Assembly: GCA_029775855.1 (NCBI GenBank)
Contig: JARVJZ010000004.1
Location: forward strand, 4,901-68,900
Direction of reading: 5' to 3'
DNA from: Nitrososphaeria archaeon
GTDB taxonomy: Archaea; Thermoproteota; Nitrososphaeria; Nitrososphaerales; JAAOZN01
Length of the DNA stretch: 64,000 nucleotides
Both the position numbers and the translations under genes were made by a program. Position 1 is the stretch's first letter. The number at the start of each line of letters is the position of its first letter. Below are positions 45,642 through 55,099 of the stretch, piece after piece. The notes below the pieces were generated by a model. The model was not told where the DNA came from. It saw only the letters and a program-made list of their open reading frames with translations, and did no database searches.

Positions 45642-45857
45642 GTGATGATGGACCCGGTTTATGAATGTAGGATTTGCTTGAAGGAGTTTCAAGGTAAAAA
45701 TAATTTAGTTGAGCATTTGAGGACAGAGCATGAAGTTCTTGAGATCGTTTCCTATGCCGCTACGACTATGATAAGTGAGCAAGAACGAGACAAGATCGCT
45801 ATGGAGTATTATAGGCAGCTCGAGCATATCAAGAAGGAGTTAAGAGGACAGGCCTAG
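45642..45857 (+). CDS. Small C2H2 zinc-finger protein
   Basis: YECRICLKEFQGKNNLVEHLRTEH fits C-x2-C-x12-H-x4-H. The probable ATG start is at 45645 or 45648. Confidence 0.6.
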   Translation: MMMDPVYECRICLKEFQGKNNLVEHLRTEHEVLEIVSYAATTMISEQERDKIAMEYYRQLEHIKKELRGQA

Positions 45858-45920
45858 GCCCCAATTATATATTTCGTATTCATAAATCTTATAGTTAACT
45901 CAAACTAGATTCTGATAGAC

Positions 45921-48911
45921 TTGAGAAACTCTTTCAGAAGAAGCATGCTCATTTTATCTCTACTATTACTGCAGGGCACCTTACTTATCACAATGCTGGA
46001 TATGAACGTGACCGCTCAAAACGAAGTGCTCACAACAGCAAGTCGATATAGGCTTGAGCTCACACTACCTATGCCTTATGTGCCAGCAGACGGCAAAACC
46101 TATCCCCTTATCCTACAGGTAGTAAATAATGACGGGCAACCTAGATTTCTCTCAAAAGATATCGTCGTTCAATTATCGTCTTCAAACATCACAGTTGGCT
46201 ACACTGAGCCAACGGCTGTACTGAAAGCTGGGGAATCATCGAGGGTAGTAGCCTTTAAGTCTACCTTCAACATAGGCTACACAAACATCACAGCTTCAGC
46301 GGGTGGTCTATTAAGCAGCACCACAACAGTAAGAACAGTCGGCATAAGCGGTGCTCCTGCAAAGCTCTCGGCGCAAGTTCTACCTAGTAGACCGTTAGCG
46401 AAAGCTGGAACAAAAGCAATAATAGTTGTAGAGATCTTAGATGGAAACGGTCTACCAGCACGCGCCGCTGAAGATCTTAACATATCACTTTTCTCTAGCA
46501 AAACTAGCATAGGGATAACCGATTCAACGCTTACTATACGTAGGAACAGCACATTTGGCACAGCGTATTTCTACCCAACAAACCAACCGGGCGTAACTGA
46601 AGTTAAGGCAGTTGCTTCAGGACTAAAATCCACTTCAATTGAAGTTACAACAGTTGCATATAATCCGAATAGGCTTGCTGTGTATCTGCTTCCGCCAATA
46701 TTACCTAAACAGAGTAAAGGTATTCTAATAGTCCAGATTCAAGACTCGTATGGCAGACCTCAAGTCGCAACCAAAGATGTTAAGGTTATTCTTACCTCTA
46801 ATGACACCAATACCGCGCTACTCGATGCAAACTTTCTAATTATACCTCAAGGGATGAGTTATGGAAGCGCTGAGATTACTACGGGCAATATCAGCGGTGC
46901 AGCCACGATATACGCATCAGCTCAAGGATATCGAAGCTCTAGTTCTACACTTTTGGTTAGAGAGATCCACGAAGCTAGAAATGGGCGGCTTCTACTCTCT
47001 TCTGTACCTAAGCTTATCGCAGATGGACAGGTTCATACCACAGTATCAGTAATCATGATGGACGATAACTTAACAAACCCTGTTAGACCTTCTTACCCTA
47101 CACAAATCTATCTAACTTCAAGCAACACGAAGATAGGTGTAGTTAGTGAAATCGTGTTGAACAAAAACGGATATGTTTACGCTAATTTTACGTGCAACAC
47201 ATCTGGTAACACAACCATCACCGCGACTGCGGACAACTTCGATGGTGATGGAGGTGTGGTATCGGTCGTGGAGAGAGTGAACTTCAAATTAAATATACAA
47301 GTCTGCCCATCCCTTATACCTATAGATTCACCTTACAAACCAATAGTTTTAGTGGAGATGCAGAATGCTCACGGCGAACCCACAGAAGCACCAACAGATG
47401 TTGAAATAAAGCTGTATTCATCAAATACCAAAGTCGGCTACGTTGAAGAATCTCTAACGATCAAGAAGTCTGAAAGCATAGGCATATCCTTCCTAAATTT
47501 ATCTTCAGAGCTCGGCAACACTACATTAACAGCCGCGGCACCTAACTTCATCGCTGCATCAACCAGCATATCAACATTTAGAGCCGGCCCTTCTACAACA
47601 TCTCTAAATATAGAGCCCTCAATCACAATAGCCGACGGCTCAACCATCCAAAATGTGTTCATTATGCTGCAAGATATGTTCGGATACCCTGCTAAAGCGC
47701 TGAACGACATCGAAATTAAGATTTCAACATCCAACGAGGTGATAGGCACCCTGCCAACCTCTTTGACTATACATAAAGACAATACTTGGATCACAACTTG
47801 GTTCACAAAGAGCAACATACAGGGCTCAACACAGATAACGGTACACGCTGAAGGTCTCCAATCCTCCACCAAGACTTTATCCACTATACTGCTTGACTTG
47901 AATCAGACTCTCTTTGCGCAAACGACTAAAATCTATGCAAACGACAAACTCGCCATCTACAGTAGCATACAATTTGAAGGATACCCTGTTAGCGGCGCCG
48001 ATGTTGAATGGTCAACTACAGGAAATCTGTTAGATGTGGTGTCAAAAAGCGATGCTGAAGGCGTTGCAAAGGCGATATTTACTTCACCTATAGAAGGTGA
48101 ATACACAGTGAAGGCCATCGTATCTAAAGCTGGTTTCAAGGTAACCGAAAGCAGTATTAAAGTATTAGTCAAACCGCGTTCACTTTATGTTGAAGTGAAA
48201 GCGCCAACAGAAGTACGCACATTTGAGGAGTCTGAAATCTCTATTAAAGTTTTGGAAGACGGTAGACCTATAGAAGGTACTGCTGTGAACTTTAAGCCTT
48301 CACAAGGCCTTCTAAGGATATTGAATAACATTACAGATGCGCAAGGGCTCGCGAAAGCCATCTTCAGCTGCAGCGAGCCTTTAAATGCAATAATACATTA
48401 TACAGTCAAAAAGACTGGCTACGTGGTTTACAATGGAAGCTTGATCATCAACGTTAAACCTCAACCTCTAACCATAGCATTGAATACCAACGCGTCGGTA
48501 ATTGATGTTAACAACGCACTCGAAGTCACAGCATCTGTAACAAGCAAGGCCGGGGCTGTGGAAGGCGTAAAACTCAATTGGAACGTAATTGGTGGAACCA
48601 TAGTTACCAAGAGTGATGTGACAGATGCACAAGGTAGAGGGAGGCTTATTCTTAGAGGTGAAGATGCAGGTAAAGTGTCGATAGATGTTACTGCAGCGAA
48701 AAAAGGCTACAGTTCAACTATGGCATCTATAAACGTTGAAATTCTTCCTCTACCGCTTTACCAATCTATTGCTACATTCTCATTCTGGCAGAAGAACCCT
48801 TTAGCTGCTTCGATGGTTGCAGTCCTTGCTATAGTCTGCGTCTTTTTAGTTAGAATGTTAAAAAAGAGGGCGGATGCTACAAAGCAGGATGAGTTAGAGC
48901 TTATAGGGTAA
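45921..48911 (+). CDS. Large surface protein with tandem Ig-like repeats, N-terminal signal and C-terminal TM anchor
   Basis: Signal LILSLLLLQGTLLITML. About six repeats of about 110 aa share L.SSN..(V/I)G....L.I......G......(N)....G.T.ITA.A.G. These are followed by Big_1/invasin-like repeats (SDAEGVAKAIFTS, TDAQGLAKAIFSC, TDAQGRGRLILRG). The C-terminal helix is AASMVAVLAIVCVFLV followed by RMLKKR. Many N-x-S/T sequons. Confidence 0.75.
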   Translation: MRNSFRRSMLILSLLLLQGTLLITMLDMNVTAQNEVLTTASRYRLELTLPMPYVPADGKTYPLILQVVNNDGQPRFLSKDIVVQLSSSNITVGYTEPTAVLKAGESSRVVAFKSTFNIGYTNITASAGGLLSSTTTVRTVGISGAPAKLSAQVLPSRPLAKAGTKAIIVVEILDGNGLPARAAEDLNISLFSSKTSIGITDSTLTIRRNSTFGTAYFYPTNQPGVTEVKAVASGLKSTSIEVTTVAYNPNRLAVYLLPPILPKQSKGILIVQIQDSYGRPQVATKDVKVILTSNDTNTALLDANFLIIPQGMSYGSAEITTGNISGAATIYASAQGYRSSSSTLLVREIHEARNGRLLLSSVPKLIADGQVHTTVSVIMMDDNLTNPVRPSYPTQIYLTSSNTKIGVVSEIVLNKNGYVYANFTCNTSGNTTITATADNFDGDGGVVSVVERVNFKLNIQVCPSLIPIDSPYKPIVLVEMQNAHGEPTEAPTDVEIKLYSSNTKVGYVEESLTIKKSESIGISFLNLSSELGNTTLTAAAPNFIAASTSISTFRAGPSTTSLNIEPSITIADGSTIQNVFIMLQDMFGYPAKALNDIEIKISTSNEVIGTLPTSLTIHKDNTWITTWFTKSNIQGSTQITVHAEGLQSSTKTLSTILLDLNQTLFAQTTKIYANDKLAIYSSIQFEGYPVSGADVEWSTTGNLLDVVSKSDAEGVAKAIFTSPIEGEYTVKAIVSKAGFKVTESSIKVLVKPRSLYVEVKAPTEVRTFEESEISIKVLEDGRPIEGTAVNFKPSQGLLRILNNITDAQGLAKAIFSCSEPLNAIIHYTVKKTGYVVYNGSLIINVKPQPLTIALNTNASVIDVNNALEVTASVTSKAGAVEGVKLNWNVIGGTIVTKSDVTDAQGRGRLILRGEDAGKVSIDVTAAKKGYSSTMASINVEILPLPLYQSIATFSFWQKNPLAASMVAVLAIVCVFLVRMLKKRADATKQDELELIG

Positions 48912-48954
48912 TATAATTTATTTTCTACTATCTGCGAGTGGGCAAAAGTTATAT

Positions 48955-49314
48955 GTGACCCCTAGCTGTCTAAAGGGTAAATTGGCTGTCTCTAAAAAAA
49001 GTCATATCCGGTTAATATTGGGTTCAGTTGCAATATTTATCGTCGCTTTTCTGTTATTCATTTTGCTCTGGTATTTTATTCTGCTAATGGCGCCAACAAT
49101 CCTTTCAATGTTCACAGGGGTTACAGAAGTCGGTAGACCTACAGGTGGGACTATTGAGATTCTTAAGCTACAGGAGCAGCTAAGTGTGGTTGTTTTACGG
49201 TGGGGACTTATCCCTATATTCATAGGTGGCTTAGGAGATCTAACACCCTACTATGTTGGATATGGTATTATAGTGGCGCTTCTTCTTGTTTGGCGTGCAA
49301 AGAAGAGGTGGTGA
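48955..49314 (+). CDS. Small membrane protein, unknown function
   Basis: Three hydrophobic helices. GTG start. Confidence 0.4.
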   Translation: MTPSCLKGKLAVSKKSHIRLILGSVAIFIVAFLLFILLWYFILLMAPTILSMFTGVTEVGRPTGGTIEILKLQEQLSVVVLRWGLIPIFIGGLGDLTPYYVGYGIIVALLLVWRAKKRW

Positions 49315-49538
49315 ACCTGTTGAATGTATCGACGATTCGGAACATATGGGCTGTTTTTGGCGCTATATGGTTCGTAATATTCTTTACATTAACCTTTGTC
49401 AAGGAGCTTATGGAGCCTATGGCGATTATAGCTGCAATCAGCCTCTACGCTGGAATGATTCTAGCAGCCTTCACAGTAGTTTACTTAGCATATACCTTGA
49501 TTAGAAGGTTGTTAAAGGGAAGCAGAAAAGGAGGCTAA
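49308..49538 (+). CDS. Small two-TM membrane protein, unknown function
   Basis: Within ORF 49200-49538, the part downstream of the GTG at 49308/49311 (VVNLLNVSTIRNIWAVFGAIWFVIFF...) does not overlap the previous gene. That start overlaps the upstream stop (GTGGTGA). Confidence 0.35.
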   Translation: MVNLLNVSTIRNIWAVFGAIWFVIFFTLTFVKELMEPMAIIAAISLYAGMILAAFTVVYLAYTLIRRLLKGSRKGG

Positions 49539-50020
49539 GTTATCACAACTACAGCTGGCGCCTGTGAACCAGACTCTATTGCTTCATTGTAGTTGGGTAT
49601 GTAGTAAGCCACTAAACCTTGAGAAGGCTTATTCCCTTTGATAAGCAGAATCTGAAAGTCTTCGCCTACTTCAAACGAAGAGATCGTGCTTGTCACAACT
49701 CTTGCGTCAATAAGTAGGCTATTTTGGTTTAGAAACTTGTAGCCGCCCGTAAATATAAACGACACCTCATATTCTTGCCACACCCCGCGGATAAGGTATG
49801 ATGCTTTGTGGAAACCACTCCCCTTTGCAACTCCGTCATGTATTAATCCCGAGCCTTGCCAAGTGTTAAAGGCAACTCCTCCGCCTGGTATGCCAAATGT
49901 ATGTCGAGCTGAAAATAGGAAGCTATGCTGGTTTTGCTGCGCAACAACCTGAGCTAAGGGCAGCATCAAAAATAAGAGTGAAATAGTTACCGTGGTAAAC
50001 AAGAAGTATCGACTCATCAA
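49535..50020 (-). CDS. Secreted hypothetical protein
   Basis: N-terminal signal peptide (FLFTTVTISLLFLMLPLAQVVAQ). No family recognised. Confidence 0.45.
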   Translation of the reverse strand: MMSRYFLFTTVTISLLFLMLPLAQVVAQQNQHSFLFSARHTFGIPGGGVAFNTWQGSGLIHDGVAKGSGFHKASYLIRGVWQEYEVSFIFTGGYKFLNQNSLLIDARVVTSTISSFEVGEDFQILLIKGNKPSQGLVAYYIPNYNEAIESGSQAPAVVVIT

Positions 50021-50104
50021 TAATATTATCCTCTCTCTTTCATTTAAGCTTTGAAGAGTGGCTACTTATCTTACTATTCTTATTAGTAATAAGAGAGCGA
50101 ATAA

Positions 50105-50136
50105 GTATACATCTTGTTCATTTGCAAGATGTATAC
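50105..50136. repeat. Perfect 12-bp inverted repeat with 8-nt spacer
   Basis: gtatacatcttg (50105-50116), ttcatttg, caagatgtatac (50125-50136). It lies 85-116 nt upstream of the minus-strand gene that starts at 50020. Confidence 0.9.
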
Positions 50137-50607
50137 AAAAAGTTTGAGCCTTGACTTTTATGATTAAGCACCTTAAAGGGTTTGGGAATAAACCTAGATC
50201 TACAAAGGTTTTTAACCCCTTTTTATATTCGACGATGTACTTTGTCTTTCTGGTAAGTTTAGCTACTGCTTATTTAGCTTCAGATGCACATAAATCTAGG
50301 TCCATTATGTTTAGGCTATTGATGGTGATAGTTTATTATAGCTGTTTGCTTGATGGTAATCTTTGGTTGTGGCACCAACCTCTTTTGCGCCTAATGGTAG
50401 TAGGTGATATTAATCTATACATTAGGAGGGAGGGGTTAGTCCTCAGAGGTGTTTATGCTAATTTATCACTGGATGACAACTCTGCTTACCCTTCTTAGTT
50501 AAGTAATTTTGAGGCTTGTAGGAGCATGGTCTAGCTAAAGAAATACCTAACTACTAATTGACGATACTTTTAATAAGTTTAGTATGGTATTAGGGGAAGG
50601 AGGGTAG

Positions 50608-51864
50608 GTGATGACTTCTTCTTTTGAAAATATCTCCCCTTCGTCTGATTCTTCTCTGCTTACGATTGAGGACCTTGACTTAAGTGGTAAGACGGTTGTT
50701 CTAAGGGTAGATATAAACACGCCTATAGACCCAAAGACGCTGAAGCTACTTGAGCTAAATAGAATAATGGAAGCAGCGGTTACGATAAAAGATCTTTCAA
50801 ATTCTAAGGTAGTAGTTATGTCTCATCAAGGGCGAGTTGGTCGATATGATTACATACCCTTAGAGCAGCACGCAGAGGCTCTATCTAAAGTGCTTGGCAA
50901 AGAGGTTAAATTCGTAGACGATGTATTTGGTCCAGCTGCGCGTGAGGCAATATCATCTCTCCAAGATAACCAAGTGCTGCTGCTTGATAATCTAAGGTTT
51001 ACCGCTGAGGAGAATGTGGAGTATACACCTGAGGCCGCGGCAAATACTTATCTTGTTAGAAAGTTAGCGCCTTTGTTTGATGCATGTGTGCTGGATGCTT
51101 TTCCAACAGCCCACAGATCAAGCCCTTCAATAGTAGGTTTTGCTGAAGTTTTACCTACTTGCGGGGGTAGGCTTATTGTGAAAGAGCTTAAGACGCTTAA
51201 TAGAATTCTTAAAGTCGCAAAGGGCCCATATGTCGCTGTTCTAGGGGGGGCTAAAGTATCTGACCGAATCGAAGCTGTAGAGACGTTAATCAGCAATAAA
51301 AGAGCGGATAAGGTTCTTTTATGCGGATTATTAGCGAACGTCTTTTTACGTGCAGTAGGCAAGCTCCGTATGCCGCTGGGGATAGATAAGGAGGAGCAGT
51401 ATGTAAAGAAGGCCCATACTCTCCTCGACGAATACCCTGATGTATTTGAGTTCCCCTCTGATGTTGCTGTTGAGAGGAGCGGTGAAAGAGTTGAAGTTCG
51501 ACTAGAAGATCTTAGGGAAGATGAAGCTGTTTACGATATAGGGCATAAAACTGTTGAAAACTACTCTAAGATTATACGCGGTGCAGGAACAGTATTCATG
51601 AGCGGGCCCCCAGGCTTTTTCGAGAAAGAAGGGTTCGGCTACGGTACCGAGTCGCTCCTTAGGTCTATGGCTTCATCCTTTGCTACGACTATTGTGAGCG
51701 GTGGTCATCTGAGCGCAGCGCTGCAAAAGTTTGGTATTAAGGAGTGGATTGACCACGTCAGTACGGCTGGTGGTGCGCTGGTGCTTTATTTGGCTGGTAA
51801 AAGGTTGCCCTTGATAGAAGCCTTATATAAGGCTGCGAGGCGTTGGCAGGCTAGTAGTAGGTAG
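50608..51864 (+). CDS. pgk: Phosphoglycerate kinase
   Basis: Archaeal PGK blocks: VLRVDINTPID, MSHQGR, LDNLRF, AFPTAHR, VLGGAKVSD and the C-terminal SGGH...STAGGA. Confidence 0.9.
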   Translation: MMTSSFENISPSSDSSLLTIEDLDLSGKTVVLRVDINTPIDPKTLKLLELNRIMEAAVTIKDLSNSKVVVMSHQGRVGRYDYIPLEQHAEALSKVLGKEVKFVDDVFGPAAREAISSLQDNQVLLLDNLRFTAEENVEYTPEAAANTYLVRKLAPLFDACVLDAFPTAHRSSPSIVGFAEVLPTCGGRLIVKELKTLNRILKVAKGPYVAVLGGAKVSDRIEAVETLISNKRADKVLLCGLLANVFLRAVGKLRMPLGIDKEEQYVKKAHTLLDEYPDVFEFPSDVAVERSGERVEVRLEDLREDEAVYDIGHKTVENYSKIIRGAGTVFMSGPPGFFEKEGFGYGTESLLRSMASSFATTIVSGGHLSAALQKFGIKEWIDHVSTAGGALVLYLAGKRLPLIEALYKAARRWQASSR

Positions 51865-51875
51865 AAGGGTTGGGT

Positions 51876-52901
51876 ATGAAGGTTAAGGTTGCTATTAACG
51901 GGTATGGTGTGATAGGGCGTAGAGTTGCAGACGCGGTAGCAAAGCAGGATGATATGGAGCTTGTAGGTGTATGTAAGGTAAGTCCAGACTATAAGGCGCT
52001 CTTCGCTTTGAATAAAGGCTATAAGGTCTTTGCCGCGGATGAGAAGGGTATAGAGAAGTTCCGCAAGATGGGTATAAGTGTTGCTGGTACAGTATCAGAT
52101 ATGGTAAGAGAAGCAGATATTATAGTAGATGCTACACCCGGAGATGTAGGACCGCAGAATAAGGAGATGTACGCTAAATCTTCTAAGAAAGCTATCTTTC
52201 AAGGCGGTGAAGAGCATGAGTTAACAGGCTTCTCATTTGTTGCGCAGTGCAACTATAATCAAGCTTTGGGTAGGCAGTTTGTCAGAGTTGTCTCGTGCAA
52301 CACAACGGGGTTATGTAGGGCCTTAAACGCTCTTGACAATGGTTTTGGTGTTGAGAAGGCTAGGGTTGTTATAGCTAGGAGAGCTGCTGATCCTGATGAG
52401 ATTGGGCGTGGACCTATAGATGCGGTTGTGCTTGACCCTGTGACTCTACCTTCCCACCACGGCCCAGATGTGAAGACTGTTCTTCCACACATAAACATAA
52501 CCACAATGGCATTGAAGGTGCCTACTACTCACATGCATCTGCACAGCCTTATTGTGCAGCTAAAGGATAAGAGCGTTTCTGTTGATAAGGTTAAAGAAGT
52601 CTTCCGGCGTACACCTAGAATTCTGCTTGTTAGCAGTAAGTTGGGAATAAAGTCTACGGCACACGCATATGATGTTGGGCGAGAGATTGGGCGTGAGAGA
52701 AGTGACCTATTTGAAAACATAATCTGGGAGGATTCAATTACTGTAGAGGATTCTGACCTCTACTTATTTATGGGTGTGCATCAAGAAGCTATCGTTGTGC
52801 CAGAAAATATAGATGCTATAAGGGCTATGTTCAACCTTGAATCAGCTGAAAAATCTATAGAGAAGACTAACAAGACTTTGGGAGTGAAGTCATCCATCTA
52901 A
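51876..52901 (+). CDS. gap: Glyceraldehyde-3-phosphate dehydrogenase, archaeal type II
   Basis: KVAINGYGVIGRRVADAV, the catalytic VVSCNTTGL, and LPSHHGPDV. The ORF track starts at TTG 51870. An ATG at 51876 gives the canonical MKVKVAING start. Confidence 0.9.
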   Translation: MKVKVAINGYGVIGRRVADAVAKQDDMELVGVCKVSPDYKALFALNKGYKVFAADEKGIEKFRKMGISVAGTVSDMVREADIIVDATPGDVGPQNKEMYAKSSKKAIFQGGEEHELTGFSFVAQCNYNQALGRQFVRVVSCNTTGLCRALNALDNGFGVEKARVVIARRAADPDEIGRGPIDAVVLDPVTLPSHHGPDVKTVLPHINITTMALKVPTTHMHLHSLIVQLKDKSVSVDKVKEVFRRTPRILLVSSKLGIKSTAHAYDVGREIGRERSDLFENIIWEDSITVEDSDLYLFMGVHQEAIVVPENIDAIRAMFNLESAEKSIEKTNKTLGVKSSI

Positions 52902-53001
52902 TAGCGCTAACCTTCAAACCGCATAGTTAATTCACAGCTCCAAATAGGCTAGAGCGGGAAAGTTTTATAAGAGAAAACGGTGGAGGCTGCTCAATAGAGC
53001 A

Positions 53002-53853
53002 ATGAGTAGAGAAGTGTTTGAAGTATACAAAGGTTCAAGCGACTATGTAGCCTCTGAGTCTCTCAAAAACGCTGTAAACGCTGCAATAACCTTAGGACGA
53101 CCCTTACTTGTGCGCGGAGAGCCTGGTACTGGCAAAACATTGCTAGCACACAGCATAGCAAGAGCGCTCGGTAAGCGACTAATAGTCTTTAACGTTAAGT
53201 CTACAACCAAAGCACAAGAGGCGCTATATGTCTATGATACTGTCAGAAGGTTAAATGATGCTAGGTTTGGCGATAGGGATGTGTCTGACATTAAGCAGTA
53301 TATCAAGTTAGGTAAGTTAGGTGAGGCGTTTGCTTCACCCGAGCAAGTTGTGCTCTTAATAGATGAAATAGATAAAGCTGACCCAGAGTTCCCTAACGAT
53401 CTCCTTAACGAATTGGACGAAATGTCTTTTTACATACCCGAAACTGGTGAAACTATTAGGGCTAAGCATCGCCCTATAGTTATTATAACTAGTAACGCTG
53501 AAAAAGAGCTTCCAGATGCTTTCTTGAGGCGATGCATATTCCACTACATAGAGTTTCCAGACCCAGAAACTATGGAGAAGATCGTCAAGGTTCATTATCC
53601 AAATCTTCGTGAAGACTTGCTTAAAGAAGCAATCAAAACCTTCTATAAGATTAGGAGTATTGATGATTTGAAGAAGAAGCCGTCTACAAGCGAGCTGCTT
53701 GACTGGATTTACGTTCTTTTACGGGCTGATGTAAGTCCTGATAAGATATCGAAAGAAGTCCCGTTTATCAATGTGTTATTGAAGAAAGAGACAGACTTCC
53801 ACTACTTTGTGAATAACTATTTGGGTAAAGGTAGCGGGTTGCTAAGGCGTTAA
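53002..53853 (+). CDS. MoxR-like AAA+ ATPase
   Basis: Walker A VRGEPGTGKTLLA, Walker B VLLIDEIDKA, and PDAFLRRC. Confidence 0.85.
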   Translation: MSREVFEVYKGSSDYVASESLKNAVNAAITLGRPLLVRGEPGTGKTLLAHSIARALGKRLIVFNVKSTTKAQEALYVYDTVRRLNDARFGDRDVSDIKQYIKLGKLGEAFASPEQVVLLIDEIDKADPEFPNDLLNELDEMSFYIPETGETIRAKHRPIVIITSNAEKELPDAFLRRCIFHYIEFPDPETMEKIVKVHYPNLREDLLKEAIKTFYKIRSIDDLKKKPSTSELLDWIYVLLRADVSPDKISKEVPFINVLLKKETDFHYFVNNYLGKGSGLLRR

Positions 53854-53855
53854 GT

Positions 53856-55028
53856 TTGTTCACAGGCTTCTTTTACACACTTAGGAAGCATAAGGTTCCG
53901 GTCAGTCTAACGGAATGGATGACTTTGATGGATGCGTTATCTAAAGGTCTTGCTCAATCTAGTCTGGAAAATTTCTACTACTTGGCTAGAGCGATATTAG
54001 TTAAGAGTGAGGCCTTATACGATGCATACGACCAAGCTTTTCAAGAATACTTTAAAGGGCTTGAAGGTACCGCTGAGATTAGAGACGAGATCTGGGAGTG
54101 GCTACAGAATCCTCTTGTAAAAGAACTATTCACCCCAGAAGAAATCGATGCTATGAGCAATATGAGTCTAGGGGAATTAATGCGTGAGTTTGAGAAGAGG
54201 CTTAGAGAGCAGAGGTCAAGACACGACGGAGGCTCATACTGGATAGGGACAGGAGGAACCAGCCCATTTGGACACTCAGGCTATCATCCAGCAGGCATCA
54301 GAGTAGGCGGTGAGTCTAGAAGTCTAAGAGCGGTAAAAGTAGCTGGAGAAAGGCGCTTCAAAAACTTGAGGAGAGACGTTATCTTAGATGTAAGACAGAT
54401 GGAGATAGCCCTCAAATCTCTAAGAATTCTAAGTAGAGTAGGCCCAGAAGACGAGCTTGACCTAGAAGGCACGATAGATGCTACAGCGAAGAATGCTGGT
54501 GAGCTTGAGTTAAGGTGGAGGCGTAGTAGACGCAACACCGTAAAACTCCTCTTACTTATGGATGTAGGTGGTTCAATGGATCCCTACGCTGGGCTCTGTA
54601 GTAGGCTGTTTACCGCAGCTAACGCGGCGACGCATTTTAAAGACTTCAAATACTTTTACTTCCATAACTGCATATATGATAAACTCTATACCGACATGGA
54701 GCGTCAAGAGTGGGTTAACACAAAATGGGTTCTACAATCATTGGATTCTGAATACAAGGTGATAATTGTTGGGGACGCTATGATGGCTACAACTGAACTT
54801 GTATCACCCTATGGCGCTATAAATTACAGCGACTTTAACGAGACACCTGGAATAGTTTGGTTAAGGGAGGTTGCTGAACACTTTCCATACTCTATTTGGC
54901 TTAACCCGGTTGAGCCCTATTACTGGGACCATACCACTATAAGTATGATAAGAAGGATATTCCCAATGTATCATCTTACTTTAGACGGGTTGACTGAAGG
55001 GATTAAAAGGTTAGTAGCGCGGCGATAA
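53856..55028 (+). CDS. VWA-domain protein, CoxE-like (partner of the MoxR ATPase)
   Basis: MIDAS-type LLLMDVGGSMDPY and later IIVGDA. It starts 2 nt after the MoxR gene. TTG start. Confidence 0.7.
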   Translation: MFTGFFYTLRKHKVPVSLTEWMTLMDALSKGLAQSSLENFYYLARAILVKSEALYDAYDQAFQEYFKGLEGTAEIRDEIWEWLQNPLVKELFTPEEIDAMSNMSLGELMREFEKRLREQRSRHDGGSYWIGTGGTSPFGHSGYHPAGIRVGGESRSLRAVKVAGERRFKNLRRDVILDVRQMEIALKSLRILSRVGPEDELDLEGTIDATAKNAGELELRWRRSRRNTVKLLLLMDVGGSMDPYAGLCSRLFTAANAATHFKDFKYFYFHNCIYDKLYTDMERQEWVNTKWVLQSLDSEYKVIIVGDAMMATTELVSPYGAINYSDFNETPGIVWLREVAEHFPYSIWLNPVEPYYWDHTTISMIRRIFPMYHLTLDGLTEGIKRLVARR

Positions 55029-55099
55029 ATTAAAGCACTTTTAATATTAGAGGCAAACAATATATCGAACTTAAATTTATCAAAAAAGATGTGGAGTAG

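Noticed and set aside
49200-49307. The N-terminal 36 codons of ORF 49200-49538 (MGTYPYIHRWLRRSNTLLCW...).
   Set aside because: They fully overlap the 3' end of the preceding membrane-protein gene in another frame. A GTG at 49308/49311 that overlaps the upstream stop gives a clean two-TM protein.
50151-50498. A 115-aa ORF in the pgk upstream gap, considered as a real gene.
   Set aside because: It has a TTG start, an odd composition and no motif, and it sits in a region that looks non-coding. I kept it only as part of a finding, not as a feature.
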